A stretch of 64,000 bases of DNA from Fimbriimonadales bacterium (GTDB lineage Bacteria > Armatimonadota > Fimbriimonadia > Fimbriimonadales > ATM1), in contig JBGTLG010000030.1 in the NCBI GenBank assembly GCA_041744215.1, forward strand, positions 1 to 64,000, read 5' to 3'. Each line of letters starts with the position of its first letter. Position 1 is the stretch's first letter. A program made the translations under genes and the position numbers. The notes beneath the pieces are model-generated. The model had not been told where the DNA came from, ran no database searches, and saw only the letters and a list, made by a program, of their open reading frames with translations. Positions 26,198 through 36,564 of the stretch are shown one piece after another.

Positions 26198-26686
26198 ATG
26201 TTGACCGCTTTTGTTTGTGCAGCACTGGCGATCCAGGCAGGCGGGACTATTCGACCCGCTGTAGCCATCTTCGGAAATGACAGCGCCTTCAAGACCCGTG
26301 CCTACGAGGTTGCGGTAGATGCCCAGTCTTGGAAGGCGATATGGGCGAAAAGCCTTGGCATCGAAACGACCGAAGCCTACGGCAAGAAAGCTCCGATGGA
26401 AGTCGACTTCTCGAAGTACGTGGTGCTTGCAGTTTTCCAGGGCGAAGGCTGGAACTCGAACGGCGTCAAATGTGTCGAGCTGACACTTGCGGGCGACGTG
26501 CTCACACTTCGGTACGACGACATGAGTTTCCAAACCGCCGGTCCCAACGGCGGACGTGTGCCCGTCTCACCTTTTGGCTTCTTCGTTGTCGAGAAAGGCG
26601 CAGAGGAGTTCGTTTTCGAAGAGAACGTGCAGGCTTTGAAATCCGATCCTGCGAAGTGGAAGGAACAGGCGAGGATTCGCCTGTAG
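26198..26686 (+). CDS. Secreted hypothetical protein, PrcB C-terminal-like
   Basis: SD AAGGAGG; W.A.W...EVDFSKYVVLAVFQG...PFGFFVV. Confidence 0.65.
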   Translation: MLTAFVCAALAIQAGGTIRPAVAIFGNDSAFKTRAYEVAVDAQSWKAIWAKSLGIETTEAYGKKAPMEVDFSKYVVLAVFQGEGWNSNGVKCVELTLAGDVLTLRYDDMSFQTAGPNGGRVPVSPFGFFVVEKGAEEFVFEENVQALKSDPAKWKEQARIRL

Positions 26687-26755
26687 TACTTGGCGGCTCA
26701 GGAACCCGCATCGCCACAGGAAGCCCCCTATCTGGCTCAGCGCGCATAATGGCTC

Positions 26756-28036
26756 ATGCCCGCTGAATTGGCGTTGCCTCTTGCGATCTTCCTTGTCTTC
26801 CTAAACGGCTTCTTTGTTGCAGCCGAGTTCGCCCTAGTCAAGATTAGACCCACAAAGATTGAAGAGCTCGTCGCGAGAGGCAGTCGGACGGCGACGATGG
26901 CCCAGCATGCGGTCAAGCACCTCGATGCGTACCTATCGGCAACCCAACTCGGCATCACTCTATCAAGCATTGGCCTGGGCTGGATCGGGGAGCCAGCTTT
27001 CGCTAGAATCCTTGAGCCACTTCTTTCGCGATGGGAGCTTCCAGAGCAAACCCTTCACATTGTCGCCTTTGCCTTTGCGTTTTTCACGATCACTTTGCTA
27101 CACGTTGTAATCGGCGAACTTATGCCCAAGTCGTGGGCGATACAACAGTCCGAGCGCGTGTCAATGGCGGTTGCATTTCCCCTCCATTGGTTCTACATAC
27201 TATTCCTGCCGCTGATTGCTCTTCTGAATGGTCTCGCGAATAGACTCTTGCGAATCTTCGGCATCCATCCCGCTAGCGAGCACGAGGTTGCACATAGCCA
27301 GGAAGAGATCGACCTCATATTGACAGCCAGCGGCCGAAGTGGGGTGCTCAGACAAGGCGACGTTGATCTTGTGCGCCACGTGTTTAGATTCGGCCAAAAG
27401 ACTGCAGCTGATGTAATGACTCCTCGGGTGGACATGACCGTGATTCGCAACACGCTCAGCGCTCGAGAGGCACTGACTGAAGTGTTGTCTCTGCCTTACT
27501 CGCGGTTTCCCGTCGTGGGGGAGAATGCTGACGATGTCAAAGGCATGGTTCACATTCGCGATCTCGTTCGTTTGCACAATGAAGATGAAGAAGACTTGGA
27601 AGTAGCAATTCGTGAGGTGATCTACGTACCAGAGTCGAAGCCGCTACACGAACTGCTAAAGGAGTTCCAACAGACACGGACGCACCTTGCTATAGTGCGG
27701 GACGAGTACGGTGGCACGGCAGGATTGGTAACTCTCGAGGATGTGATCGAGCAAATCGTCGGCGCAATAACAGATGAAACAGACATCGTTGTGACCGGGA
27801 TCATGCGGGAGGGAACGTCGTGGCTCGTGTACGGCAAAGTGCACATCGATGACATTAACGATGTGATCGGGTCGCACTTCGAAAGTACCAATTTCGATTC
27901 AATTGGCGGGTTCGTGTCTGGTCTCCTTGGCAGACCGGCTAAAGTGGGCGATACGCTGTCATGGGAGAGGTGGCGGTTTGAGGTAGTTGAAACAGATAGG
28001 CGGAGGATCAAAGTCCTCCGCGTTTCTGCAGAGTGA
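26756..28036 (+). CDS. Hemolysin family protein (CNNM/CBS/CorC)
   Basis: NGFFVAAEFALV, TQLGIT, GELMPKS, VMTPR, DEYGGTAGLVTLED. Confidence 0.93.
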   Translation: MPAELALPLAIFLVFLNGFFVAAEFALVKIRPTKIEELVARGSRTATMAQHAVKHLDAYLSATQLGITLSSIGLGWIGEPAFARILEPLLSRWELPEQTLHIVAFAFAFFTITLLHVVIGELMPKSWAIQQSERVSMAVAFPLHWFYILFLPLIALLNGLANRLLRIFGIHPASEHEVAHSQEEIDLILTASGRSGVLRQGDVDLVRHVFRFGQKTAADVMTPRVDMTVIRNTLSAREALTEVLSLPYSRFPVVGENADDVKGMVHIRDLVRLHNEDEEDLEVAIREVIYVPESKPLHELLKEFQQTRTHLAIVRDEYGGTAGLVTLEDVIEQIVGAITDETDIVVTGIMREGTSWLVYGKVHIDDINDVIGSHFESTNFDSIGGFVSGLLGRPAKVGDTLSWERWRFEVVETDRRRIKVLRVSAE

Positions 28037-28042
28037 TCCAGG

Positions 28043-29623
28043 TCACTCGAGTTCGATTGTCGCAGGCGGTTTGCTCGTCAAGTCATAAAACACCCGATTG
28101 ACCCCTGCGACCTCATTCACGATTCTGGTGGCTATGCGATCGAGTACCTGAAAGGGAATTGCGACTGCGTGCGCAGTCATCGCATCCTCGCTAGCCACGG
28201 CGCGCAGAACTATCGGATGAGCGTAAGTGCGCTCATCCCCCATGACTCCAACACTGCGAACATCCAACAGCGCTGCGTAGGATTGCCAGATCGGGTCGGC
28301 AGGCGGCTCAAGCTCTCGAGACAAAGAGGGGCTGCCAAATGGTGGCAGCGCAACCATGCCCGCTCGATAGAGTTCATCACGGAAGATATGGTCGGCCTCC
28401 TGAACGATCTTGACTCTCTCCTTCGTTATCTCTCCTACAATGCGAACAGCAAGTCCTGGCCCTGGAAACGGCTCGCGTTCCATCATTTCGGGTGGTAGTC
28501 CGAGGCTGCGCCCGACGGAGCGGACCTCGTCCTTGAATAGCCAGCGAAGTGGCTCGACTAATTGCAGACGCATCCAATCTGGCAAGCCACCGACATTGTG
28601 ATGTGTCTTGATTTTAGCGGCAGTCTTACTGCCGCTCTCGACGACGTCAGGATAGAGTGTTCCCTGCGCCAAGAAGTCGCAACCTTGCAGCTCGTTCGCG
28701 TGCAATTCAAAAACGCGGATGAACTCTGCGCCGATGATCTTTCGTTTCTCTTCAGGTTCGCTCACACCTGATAGCGCAGACAGAAACTGATCACCTGCGT
28801 CGTAATGGATGAGTTGCGCTGGAACGTGCCTCTCGAACATTTCCACGACTGAGGCCGCTTCATTCTTCCGCATCAATCCATGATCCACGAACACGCAGAG
28901 TAATCGATCCCCGATCGCTTGCGCAATCAACGCCGCCGCGACCGTGCTATCGACTCCACCGGAGACACCGCAAAGAACCCTTCCCTCCCCAACCTGAGTG
29001 CGTATCGATGCGATCGACTCTTCGATAAAATTGCTGGCCGTCCAGTCACGTGCAAATCCCGCCTCCTCAACAAGGAAGCGACGCAGGATCTCCCGCCCAC
29101 TCTGCGTGTGAGTAACTTCTGGGTGGAACTGAAGGCCAAAGAGTTTCTTTGCAGGTGATTCCATCGCAGCTACAGAGCAGGACTCTGTGTCCGCCGCCAA
29201 GCAAAAGCCTGGCGGCAATTCCTCTACGGAGTCTCCGTGACTCATCCAAACTTGCCCAGGCTCTCGGGCAAGGTGGGCGCCTCGGCATGGACGCAGGGTC
29301 TGCTTGCCGTATTCCCTACGGTCGTGTTTCTCAACGCGGCCACCCAAGAGATGTGCCATGAGCTGTTGACCGTAGCAGATGCCGAGCACAGGTTTGCCCG
29401 AGTCCAGCAATGCGTGGTCGAGGGTTGGGGCGCCTGCCTCAAGGACCGATTTAGGGCCGCCGCTGAGGATGACAGCCTTGGCTTGCGCCCAACGGGCACT
29501 AAGGCTCGGGTCATCCCACGCGATGATCTCCGAGTAAACGTTGTGCTCGCGCACTTTTCGGGCGATCAGCTGCGTGTACTGACCACCGAAGTCGACGACG
29601 AGCAGGGTTTCGTGGGTTGCCAC
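28043..29623 (-). CDS. guaA: GMP synthase (glutamine-hydrolysing)
   Basis: DFGGQY, GICYG, QFHPEV, SGGVDS, PFPGPGL, KPPATIE. Confidence 0.97.
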   Translation of the reverse strand: MATHETLLVVDFGGQYTQLIARKVREHNVYSEIIAWDDPSLSARWAQAKAVILSGGPKSVLEAGAPTLDHALLDSGKPVLGICYGQQLMAHLLGGRVEKHDRREYGKQTLRPCRGAHLAREPGQVWMSHGDSVEELPPGFCLAADTESCSVAAMESPAKKLFGLQFHPEVTHTQSGREILRRFLVEEAGFARDWTASNFIEESIASIRTQVGEGRVLCGVSGGVDSTVAAALIAQAIGDRLLCVFVDHGLMRKNEAASVVEMFERHVPAQLIHYDAGDQFLSALSGVSEPEEKRKIIGAEFIRVFELHANELQGCDFLAQGTLYPDVVESGSKTAAKIKTHHNVGGLPDWMRLQLVEPLRWLFKDEVRSVGRSLGLPPEMMEREPFPGPGLAVRIVGEITKERVKIVQEADHIFRDELYRAGMVALPPFGSPSLSRELEPPADPIWQSYAALLDVRSVGVMGDERTYAHPIVLRAVASEDAMTAHAVAIPFQVLDRIATRIVNEVAGVNRVFYDLTSKPPATIELE

Positions 29624-29673
29624 ACGGGAGTTTTGCACATGCGCCAGTCGGTAGGTCAAGTAGACTTGCTCAG

Positions 29674-30315
29674 ATGCCGGAAACTCTGAGGGCTATCGGG
29701 TTCGGCGAGATCGCGGACGAGAGATCGCTCCAAGCGGTACTCGGCGAGTTGGCGACGCGGGCGCGGCGTTCGCCCGACGGCACCTTGGTTGTGGAGCCCA
29801 TGCAAGGCTGTTCGGTGCACTTGCACCTAGACAGAGGCGACCAGGTAGAAGGCGTTACCATCGAGTTCGACGGGCCCGAGCAGACCCTGAACGTATACAA
29901 GGTCGAGGAGGAATCTACTGACCGCTGGCTCGCACGCTGTTTCACCTGTATCGACTGTCGTCCCGTCTCGCCAATCACGGTCATCGCCTACAGAATCCCC
30001 ATGGACTTTGAGCCCCGCGCATGCTATTTCACAAGATTGAGTGGCTTTCTCGAATCGGTTGAGGCCAGCAACGCTCATCCTGGCGACATGGCACTCGGCC
30101 AGCCAGAGCCTACTGGCGCTGTCCCCTTCCTAGGGACACTCTTGTCGATTGAGAGTCGTCTTAATAGCTTCACAGGAATGAGTGTGAACATCGCGAGCAT
30201 TGCACTGCCTGCTCTCGTTTTGCAGGCGGCGATTCCAGGGACTGGGCTCCAGCCCGGCCAGGTCATCCAAGGGCGAGCGCGTGTGTTTGCGGTTTTTGGC
30301 GACCGCGTGTCTTAG
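29674..30315 (+). CDS. Hypothetical protein
   Basis: Long ORF divergent from guaA. Confidence 0.6.
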   Translation: MPETLRAIGFGEIADERSLQAVLGELATRARRSPDGTLVVEPMQGCSVHLHLDRGDQVEGVTIEFDGPEQTLNVYKVEEESTDRWLARCFTCIDCRPVSPITVIAYRIPMDFEPRACYFTRLSGFLESVEASNAHPGDMALGQPEPTGAVPFLGTLLSIESRLNSFTGMSVNIASIALPALVLQAAIPGTGLQPGQVIQGRARVFAVFGDRVS

Positions 30316-30344
30316 CAGCTTGTTTTTCGCATAATGGTAACAAC

Positions 30345-31385
30345 GTGATCGATCCGAGTACCTATTCGAGCAGGATGCCCAAGCGCGGCTATCGTCGCTG
30401 GGAGAAGGCAGGCATTCGAACCCTAAAGGGTTCGGAAATCTACGATGCCGCGTTTGGGCTGTATCGACGAAATGGCCTCGACTTGCTTCGCCTGTTGGCA
30501 GTACCAGCGACTATGGCGTTCGGCCTCTTTCTCCTCGCGTGGGAGTTTGTGGGTCGGCGCATGTTTTTTACAAGCCCCGAGGCAACCACCGCGCTGGAGG
30601 AAGCGGGCGAGATCGTGGGCCTTCTCTTCTTTGGCACTGCGTGTGCTGCCCCTCTGATTTTGCTCGCTTACTCGTACATGAGCGGCGCAGCAACGCTCTA
30701 CATGGCGGATGTCTACCTTGGGCGGAGACCCAATGTGAGCGCAATTCACAGAATGGTAATGCGCCGCTTGGTACCGTTGAGCATCCTCAACTTACTCCTT
30801 GTCCTCGCTGCCCTCTCCGTCGTTCTTTTTGGGCTCGGCTTCCTTTTCGCATCCGCGCTAATCGACACCGCTGCTGGAGGAAACGATGCTTTCTCAGGCG
30901 TCGTCGCACTACTTGGCGTCATGGGGCTGATCGCCGGCATAGTGCTGTTTCCAATCGTCTTTGTAAGGTATTCCCTCTCGCCCGTCGTCCTTTTGTCCGA
31001 AGGCCTTGGCCCAATCAACGCAATGCGAAGGTCTGCGAAGCTGATGGCGGGTCAAGGTTCTCCTGGGGGCACCGTCATTGCGCTACTTCTGCTGACGCTA
31101 CTCCTCCAACTTCTACTCTGGTTTTCGTTGCAGTTACCAGCTTCAATTGGGGAGGAGTACTTGATGTCACAAGGTCTGGCTGCCGGATCGGTTGCCATGA
31201 AGACCCTCTATGCCGCCCTCAGCATGTTCGGAGGCTTTGCTTCGTTCATACTAACCCACCCTTTCTTTGTCGCCGGGATCGCTTTGATTTACTTCAATCG
31301 ACGAGTGGCGGCAGAAGCGTTCGATATTGATCTACTCGCACAAGACATATGGAAACATGATCGCTCGGTTGATTTTGATTTGTAG
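30345..31385 (+). CDS. Integral membrane protein (type usually found with DUF4129/DUF4350 genes)
   Basis: Multiple TM segments; IRTL...EIYDAAF.LYR, RR..L..G, Y...R...EAFD. Confidence 0.75.
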   Translation: MIDPSTYSSRMPKRGYRRWEKAGIRTLKGSEIYDAAFGLYRRNGLDLLRLLAVPATMAFGLFLLAWEFVGRRMFFTSPEATTALEEAGEIVGLLFFGTACAAPLILLAYSYMSGAATLYMADVYLGRRPNVSAIHRMVMRRLVPLSILNLLLVLAALSVVLFGLGFLFASALIDTAAGGNDAFSGVVALLGVMGLIAGIVLFPIVFVRYSLSPVVLLSEGLGPINAMRRSAKLMAGQGSPGGTVIALLLLTLLLQLLLWFSLQLPASIGEEYLMSQGLAAGSVAMKTLYAALSMFGGFASFILTHPFFVAGIALIYFNRRVAAEAFDIDLLAQDIWKHDRSVDFDL

Positions 31386-32295
31386 CGCGGTTCTTGCCGT
31401 TCCGTTGTGCTTTGGCCAATCAGATTCTGAATGGCTTGATCGCGCGCGAACAGTCAATGTCGACGACCGCGAAGCAGCGAGGCAGTTTCTCGAAGCAATG
31501 CAAGAGGAGTACCGAGGTTCTGGTGATGAGTACTTGCGCAATGGAATTGCGGATGAGCTACAACGTGTCAGATCGCGACGTTCCGTAAACATCGACGCTC
31601 TCGTGGAGCGACTTGAGCTACGATTGCGATTTGAGAAGTCTGTTGAAACCAATGCCACAGAGCGCGCAGAAGAGATTTTATCCGACAGCGTGTTTCGGGA
31701 TTCAGATGAGGCGAAGGGTGAGAATTGGATTGCACGCGCATTGAGCAGAGTCGCAGAATTGTTTGGCAGGCGAGAAAGGAAGGGCCCGGAGCCGCCGGCT
31801 GTTTCGCCACCTTCTATCAATGCGAGGCCGCTGGCATACATTCTTCTCGCTGCGTTAGGCATAGCGATTGTGGCGCTAGCTGTCATGGCCATTCGAAGCG
31901 TCCGGATGGGCAAAGGCAGCAAGCGTAGCGATGGTCATGTTAGGCGCTCTATACTGGACGCTGACGAACCGGATCGCACGTTAGACGAGTGGTTGATCCT
32001 TGCCGATAAGCTTCAGTCTGAGGGTAGATTCCGCGAAGTCGTGCGATGTCTATATATCGCGATTCTTCTGAAGCTGGATGGCGCGAGGCTGATCAGGTTC
32101 GAACGCTCTGAAACGAATTGGGAGCACTTGGCAAAGATCGAAAACTCAGCCGCACCACGCAGCATTGATTACAGACGACTGACTAAGAAGTTTGATGTGA
32201 TTTGGTACGGAGACCACGAGGCAAGTGTGGCGGACTGTGCCGATCTGCGAACACAGTACGAAGAATTGACGGAGGCGCTCAAAGCATCCGCATGA
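31357..32295 (+). CDS. DUF4129 domain protein
   Basis: A..L...G.FREVVRCLY...L....TNWEHL...LT..FD.IWYG. Confidence 0.85.
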   Translation: MIARLILICSAVLAVPLCFGQSDSEWLDRARTVNVDDREAARQFLEAMQEEYRGSGDEYLRNGIADELQRVRSRRSVNIDALVERLELRLRFEKSVETNATERAEEILSDSVFRDSDEAKGENWIARALSRVAELFGRRERKGPEPPAVSPPSINARPLAYILLAALGIAIVALAVMAIRSVRMGKGSKRSDGHVRRSILDADEPDRTLDEWLILADKLQSEGRFREVVRCLYIAILLKLDGARLIRFERSETNWEHLAKIENSAAPRSIDYRRLTKKFDVIWYGDHEASVADCADLRTQYEELTEALKASA

Positions 32296-33380
32296 AGTCT
32301 CAACGCATTCTATTCGCTGGCGTCGGCGTTGTCACTGTGCTCGCACTCGTATCGTTTGCACTCGTTTCGCTTGGGAGCACAGACAATTCGGTTCACCCAA
32401 CGAGCCTCAGCGCGGACCCTGGTGGATCACTCGCACTCTATCGGCTGCTTGAAAGCGAGGGCGTACCTATAGAGCGACTTTTTTCTCCGCTACGGAAGGA
32501 CAGGCCCGATATCGGGATGGTGCTTGTTTTTCAGCGAGGTTACCGGGACGCTGCGGCCTGGGGTCCCGAGTTCATTGATGACGGCTTTGGGGAGAGCGTC
32601 GTCATAGTAAGAGCGAGGACGAATCACGTGCTTCCGAGCCGGCGAGATTATCATGCCGTGGAAGTGACTTCGTCCGTGAGAGCCTTTTCCCAGATCGGAA
32701 GGGTTGGAAGTGGGGAGAATCTGACTCTGATTGACGGTCAACCGGTTATAGTTGACTCTAACGATCTTCCGCTGGTTGCTGTATCTACAGTTGGTTCCCG
32801 CACTTATGTCGAAGTGGGAAACGGAGCGATGTTCTTGAACCGTTTCCTAGGTCATGACGATAACGCAAAGCTGCTTGTTTCGATTGTCAAATCCCTGTTG
32901 CCAGAGGGCAAGAAACTCGCGCTGCCTGAATATGTTTACGGCGTAACGTCGCCGGACAACTTGTTTACCCGGCTCGGTCCTGCATACAGCGCGACGCTGA
33001 TTCAGTTGCTCCTGATGCTGGTATTGGCCATTTACACGTTAGGCAGGAGATTTGGCTATCCCGATGCCGAGGTTCCGACAAAGCCCGGAACGGGCGATTT
33101 TGTGCGGGCACTCGGGGAGGCGTTTCGCCGAGCCAAGGGCACCGACATAGTCCTCGAAACTGAGTTGCGCAGAGCGCTTCGTCGCGTTTCCCAGAGATTA
33201 AATCTTCCCGCAGACCTGACAGTTGACGAGAAGCTTGCGCGAGTTCCCGGGGACCTTGGGGCTACGATGAGGTCGATTTACTCGCTGCGTGGACAAAAGC
33301 CGAGCGACGATCTCGCTCGACGAACACTGGGCAGCCTTGAGCGGCTGCTCTCGGACTTCGAATCATCAAGAGGGACATAA
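32292..33380 (+). CDS. DUF4350 domain protein
   Basis: S.S..PGGS.ALY.LL, FLN..L...DNA.L, RRFG, FV.ALG..FRRA. Confidence 0.8.
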   Translation: MKSQRILFAGVGVVTVLALVSFALVSLGSTDNSVHPTSLSADPGGSLALYRLLESEGVPIERLFSPLRKDRPDIGMVLVFQRGYRDAAAWGPEFIDDGFGESVVIVRARTNHVLPSRRDYHAVEVTSSVRAFSQIGRVGSGENLTLIDGQPVIVDSNDLPLVAVSTVGSRTYVEVGNGAMFLNRFLGHDDNAKLLVSIVKSLLPEGKKLALPEYVYGVTSPDNLFTRLGPAYSATLIQLLLMLVLAIYTLGRRFGYPDAEVPTKPGTGDFVRALGEAFRRAKGTDIVLETELRRALRRVSQRLNLPADLTVDEKLARVPGDLGATMRSIYSLRGQKPSDDLARRTLGSLERLLSDFESSRGT

Positions 33381-33387
33381 TGGGAAC

Positions 33388-33810
33388 ATGATGGTTAGGT
33401 CGCTCCTTCTTTTGACAATTGTTTGCTTCGCATCGCTTAGCTGCGACAAATGGGAAAAGGCTGAGCCTGGTCAGGTGGATGCGCCGAGAAGCACGTCTCC
33501 GCCGTCCGCTCAGCAGCCTACAGAACGTCCCCAATTCGAACTTGAAACTTTAGAACAAGCTTACAATGCGTCTAAGCAGAATGTGGGTAAATCCACAAAT
33601 GAAACAGCTGCCTTTATCACTTCTGCAGTGGCCTACGCTGATGCTCTAAACTTTGGCCCCGGCGAACCGCGCGAGAAGTATCCGAAGGCACTCGCCGTTT
33701 ATGACGAAGTGCTCGCCATCGATTCGGAGAACGAAGCGGCAAAGCGCGGACGAACGCTTATCATCGAAGTTTACGAGAGCATGGGGATGACTCCACCCAA
33801 GATGCGTTAG
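33388..33810 (+). CDS. Lipoprotein with TPR-like C-terminus
   Basis: Lipobox SLSC; KYPKAL..Y.EVL.ID..N..A. Confidence 0.7.
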   Translation: MMVRSLLLLTIVCFASLSCDKWEKAEPGQVDAPRSTSPPSAQQPTERPQFELETLEQAYNASKQNVGKSTNETAAFITSAVAYADALNFGPGEPREKYPKALAVYDEVLAIDSENEAAKRGRTLIIEVYESMGMTPPKMR

Positions 33811-35613
33811 GTGGAGATGAAATCCAACAAGAGTAGACGCCTACCACGTTGGCTTTGGCTGCTCATTGGAGTGGTTCTACTGGTTTCATCGATTCCTGCG
33901 ATCGTGGGATGGGCGCAGGCTCCTGAAGGGTCCACTTACCTGGGTGTTGAATGGAACATGGACGATCATGCGGTTTACGCCGCATGGATGAAGCAGGCGC
34001 AAGAGGGGCGAATGCTCTTCGAAAACCGCTTCACAACAGACGAGCAACCAGGCTTAACAATTCACGTCTACTTTTGGTTCCTAGGAACACTTTCAAAAGT
34101 CACGGGCATCTCTGTGGCGATGCACTTGGGTCGACTGCTCTTCACAGCTTTCGCGCTGATCGCACTGTTTCGTTTAGTCTCGTGGTTGATAAATGACGAC
34201 ACCGCGAGACTCATAGCCATGACGATAAGTGTTTTTGGAGGTGGGCTGGGCTGGATGTTCTGGAGTCGATATGGCCACGAAGGGCCAATTGACGTTTGGC
34301 AGCCAGAGGCGTTTCTATTCCCCTCAGTATTAACAAACGGGTTGTTCGCGGCTTCGTTATGGCTGATTCTTGTTGTCTTAAACAAAATGATCGCAGCGCG
34401 CGACTCCTGGACGCCGGTCGTTCCAGGTGCGATTGCGTTGCTCACGTTAACGAATATCCACACATACGATACGCTGCTTATCGCACTGATTTCTGTTGGG
34501 TGGTTGGTATCGATGATTGTATCTGGAACGGCGAACCTCGCGTGGGTTTCGCGGTGTGTTGCTATGGCTGCCGGAGCTTTGCCAGCGGTCGGATGGTTCG
34601 TTTACGTCCGCTCAATCGACCCCGTGTTTCTGGAGCGAGCAAACACGCCGACGCCTTCGCCGCCACCTATCAGCGTCCTCTATGGATTGTTACCGCTCCT
34701 ACTCCTCGCCGTTGTCGCGATGCTGGCAGACCAGAGCGATGATCGCATACGGATCCGATGGCTGCCAGCCGTACTCTTTAGTGCGTTTCTCGTGACTGTC
34801 ATCGTGACGTGTACCTCGATGCGGAGCGAAGACCCTTATGCGGTAGCGCCGTTTATGATCTGCTTTGCACTTGCAATAACTGTATGCGCCACGTTTAAGA
34901 CTCGAAACGTCGCGCTGGGCCTCGTCTTCGCGTGGGCGGTCGTCGCCATAATCGCCATTTACTATCCCGGACTGTTCCAGCGAAAACTCGGGATGATGAT
35001 TGCTCTGCCGTACGGGATCTTGGCAGGCCTTGGACTTGCTCTTGTAATCTCTAAGATTCGCAGCGCGCCTATCCGCGCAGTCTCGGTAGGAGCGATTGTG
35101 CTGGCGCTCTCGTTGACGTCCATTCGGTGGATTCAACGTGAGCTCGAAATGATTCATGATAACGTCAGCAACACGACCGTTCACCGGGTCTTCCTCGACA
35201 AAGATTCCTCGGAGATTTTGCGCCTGCTCCTCATCCGGCGTGCCGAAGGAGAAGTGCTTCTCGCCCGCCCTGGAGTGCCTGTTCGGTTAGGCGATGATAA
35301 GTATGATGTCGCGATCCCCGATCTGAATCCGATTCTGACTGGGTGGGCCGGAGTGAAGACTTATGCCGGACATTGGAGCGAGACGCCGCGGTACAGCGAG
35401 CGCCGTGAGGAGCTTAGTCGCAGCCTATTCAATCCCCAGACCGCGACTTTAGATTCGATTCGAGAGATGATCAAGAAGTCTGGAGCATCCTATATCGTGT
35501 TGCCCGTCCAGCAGGAACTCGCGGCTTACGTCGTATCTCTTGAGGCGTTTGTAGGTGTTTCGCATGAGGTGTTGTACAAAGGCGAGACGTTTGCCCTCTT
35601 ATACATCGAGTGA
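33811..35613 (+). CDS. Multi-pass membrane protein, GT-C-like (putative glycosyltransferase)
   Basis: DD..VY.AWM.QA..G...FEN.FT; many TM segments; C-terminal YAGHWSET. Confidence 0.7.
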   Translation: MEMKSNKSRRLPRWLWLLIGVVLLVSSIPAIVGWAQAPEGSTYLGVEWNMDDHAVYAAWMKQAQEGRMLFENRFTTDEQPGLTIHVYFWFLGTLSKVTGISVAMHLGRLLFTAFALIALFRLVSWLINDDTARLIAMTISVFGGGLGWMFWSRYGHEGPIDVWQPEAFLFPSVLTNGLFAASLWLILVVLNKMIAARDSWTPVVPGAIALLTLTNIHTYDTLLIALISVGWLVSMIVSGTANLAWVSRCVAMAAGALPAVGWFVYVRSIDPVFLERANTPTPSPPPISVLYGLLPLLLLAVVAMLADQSDDRIRIRWLPAVLFSAFLVTVIVTCTSMRSEDPYAVAPFMICFALAITVCATFKTRNVALGLVFAWAVVAIIAIYYPGLFQRKLGMMIALPYGILAGLGLALVISKIRSAPIRAVSVGAIVLALSLTSIRWIQRELEMIHDNVSNTTVHRVFLDKDSSEILRLLLIRRAEGEVLLARPGVPVRLGDDKYDVAIPDLNPILTGWAGVKTYAGHWSETPRYSERREELSRSLFNPQTATLDSIREMIKKSGASYIVLPVQQELAAYVVSLEAFVGVSHEVLYKGETFALLYIE

Positions 35614-36555
35614 CGCTTTAGATGCCGCTAATCGCACCTCTCTCCACTTGGTGTACGGATCCTTCGGCGCAAGAAGAACCCTTGCCCACAGCAGTGCGCG
35701 GTGACGTAACTTGCCCACAACGCCCAGCGTGCATACAGTTGCTATCGACCAGACCAACAGCCGAAGGAACGCCCCCAGACGGTTGATCAAAAAGCAAGCC
35801 GTTGACGACACGGGATTGTGATGGACACGAAAAAACAGCTCTTTCCCCCGGTTGTAGTAGGCTATCGACCGCCAGCGATCAACTTTGGAAGACGCACCAA
35901 GCGCGTGGACGAAATGTGCTTGTGGCACGTACCATATCTCCCCTTTCTGCGAGATTCGCTTGCATAGCTCCGTATCTTCGCAGTAGAGAAAGAACCGCTC
36001 GTCAAACAGCATGAACGTGTCGCCTATGCGGCGCATCATTAAGCAGGCGCCCATGACTTGAGCTACTTTGCACGCTGATTTGCACCTGGTCGAAACCCAA
36101 TACGGCGAGAAGAACCCAGATCTCTTGAATATCTTCTCCAGATACAGCTGTTCGCAGAGGACCGCCCAAAGAGTCAGTTCATTGCTTGCAGATTCTTGAA
36201 GCCGGCCATCGGGAAACCACAGCGATCCTCCGCACGCTACGGCCTGCTCGTGAGAACGCAGGAATTCGACCAAGGTGTCAACAGCCCCAGGTGATGCAAT
36301 GGCATCAGGATTTAGGAGCAGTGCAAACTCGCCCTTCGCAATCGCTAATCCTTGATTGTTGGCGGAGCCGAATCCTCGATTCGTTTCGTTTCGAATAAGG
36401 TTCGCTGACGGAAACTCCTTTGCAACCATGTCTGCAGAGCCATCGCGCGAAGCGTTGTCAACCACGATGATCTCGCAATCTGGCAACGATGAGAGGCAGC
36501 GACGCAACTCTTCCGCACAGTTGTATGAGACTACGATGACGCTGACCATCCTCAA
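35599..36555 (-). CDS. Glycosyltransferase family 2
   Basis: VIVVSYN, VVDNAS.DGS, N.GF..ANN, LLNPD, FDERFFLYCEDT. Confidence 0.93.
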   Translation of the reverse strand: MRMVSVIVVSYNCAEELRRCLSSLPDCEIIVVDNASRDGSADMVAKEFPSANLIRNETNRGFGSANNQGLAIAKGEFALLLNPDAIASPGAVDTLVEFLRSHEQAVACGGSLWFPDGRLQESASNELTLWAVLCEQLYLEKIFKRSGFFSPYWVSTRCKSACKVAQVMGACLMMRRIGDTFMLFDERFFLYCEDTELCKRISQKGEIWYVPQAHFVHALGASSKVDRWRSIAYYNRGKELFFRVHHNPVSSTACFLINRLGAFLRLLVWSIATVCTLGVVGKLRHRALLWARVLLAPKDPYTKWREVRLAASKASLDV

Positions 36556-36564
36556 GTGGCCAGT

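Noticed and set aside
28037-28100. Island integration at the guaA 3' end
   Set aside because: guaA directly abuts a convergent housekeeping-type gene, with no repeat or integrase.
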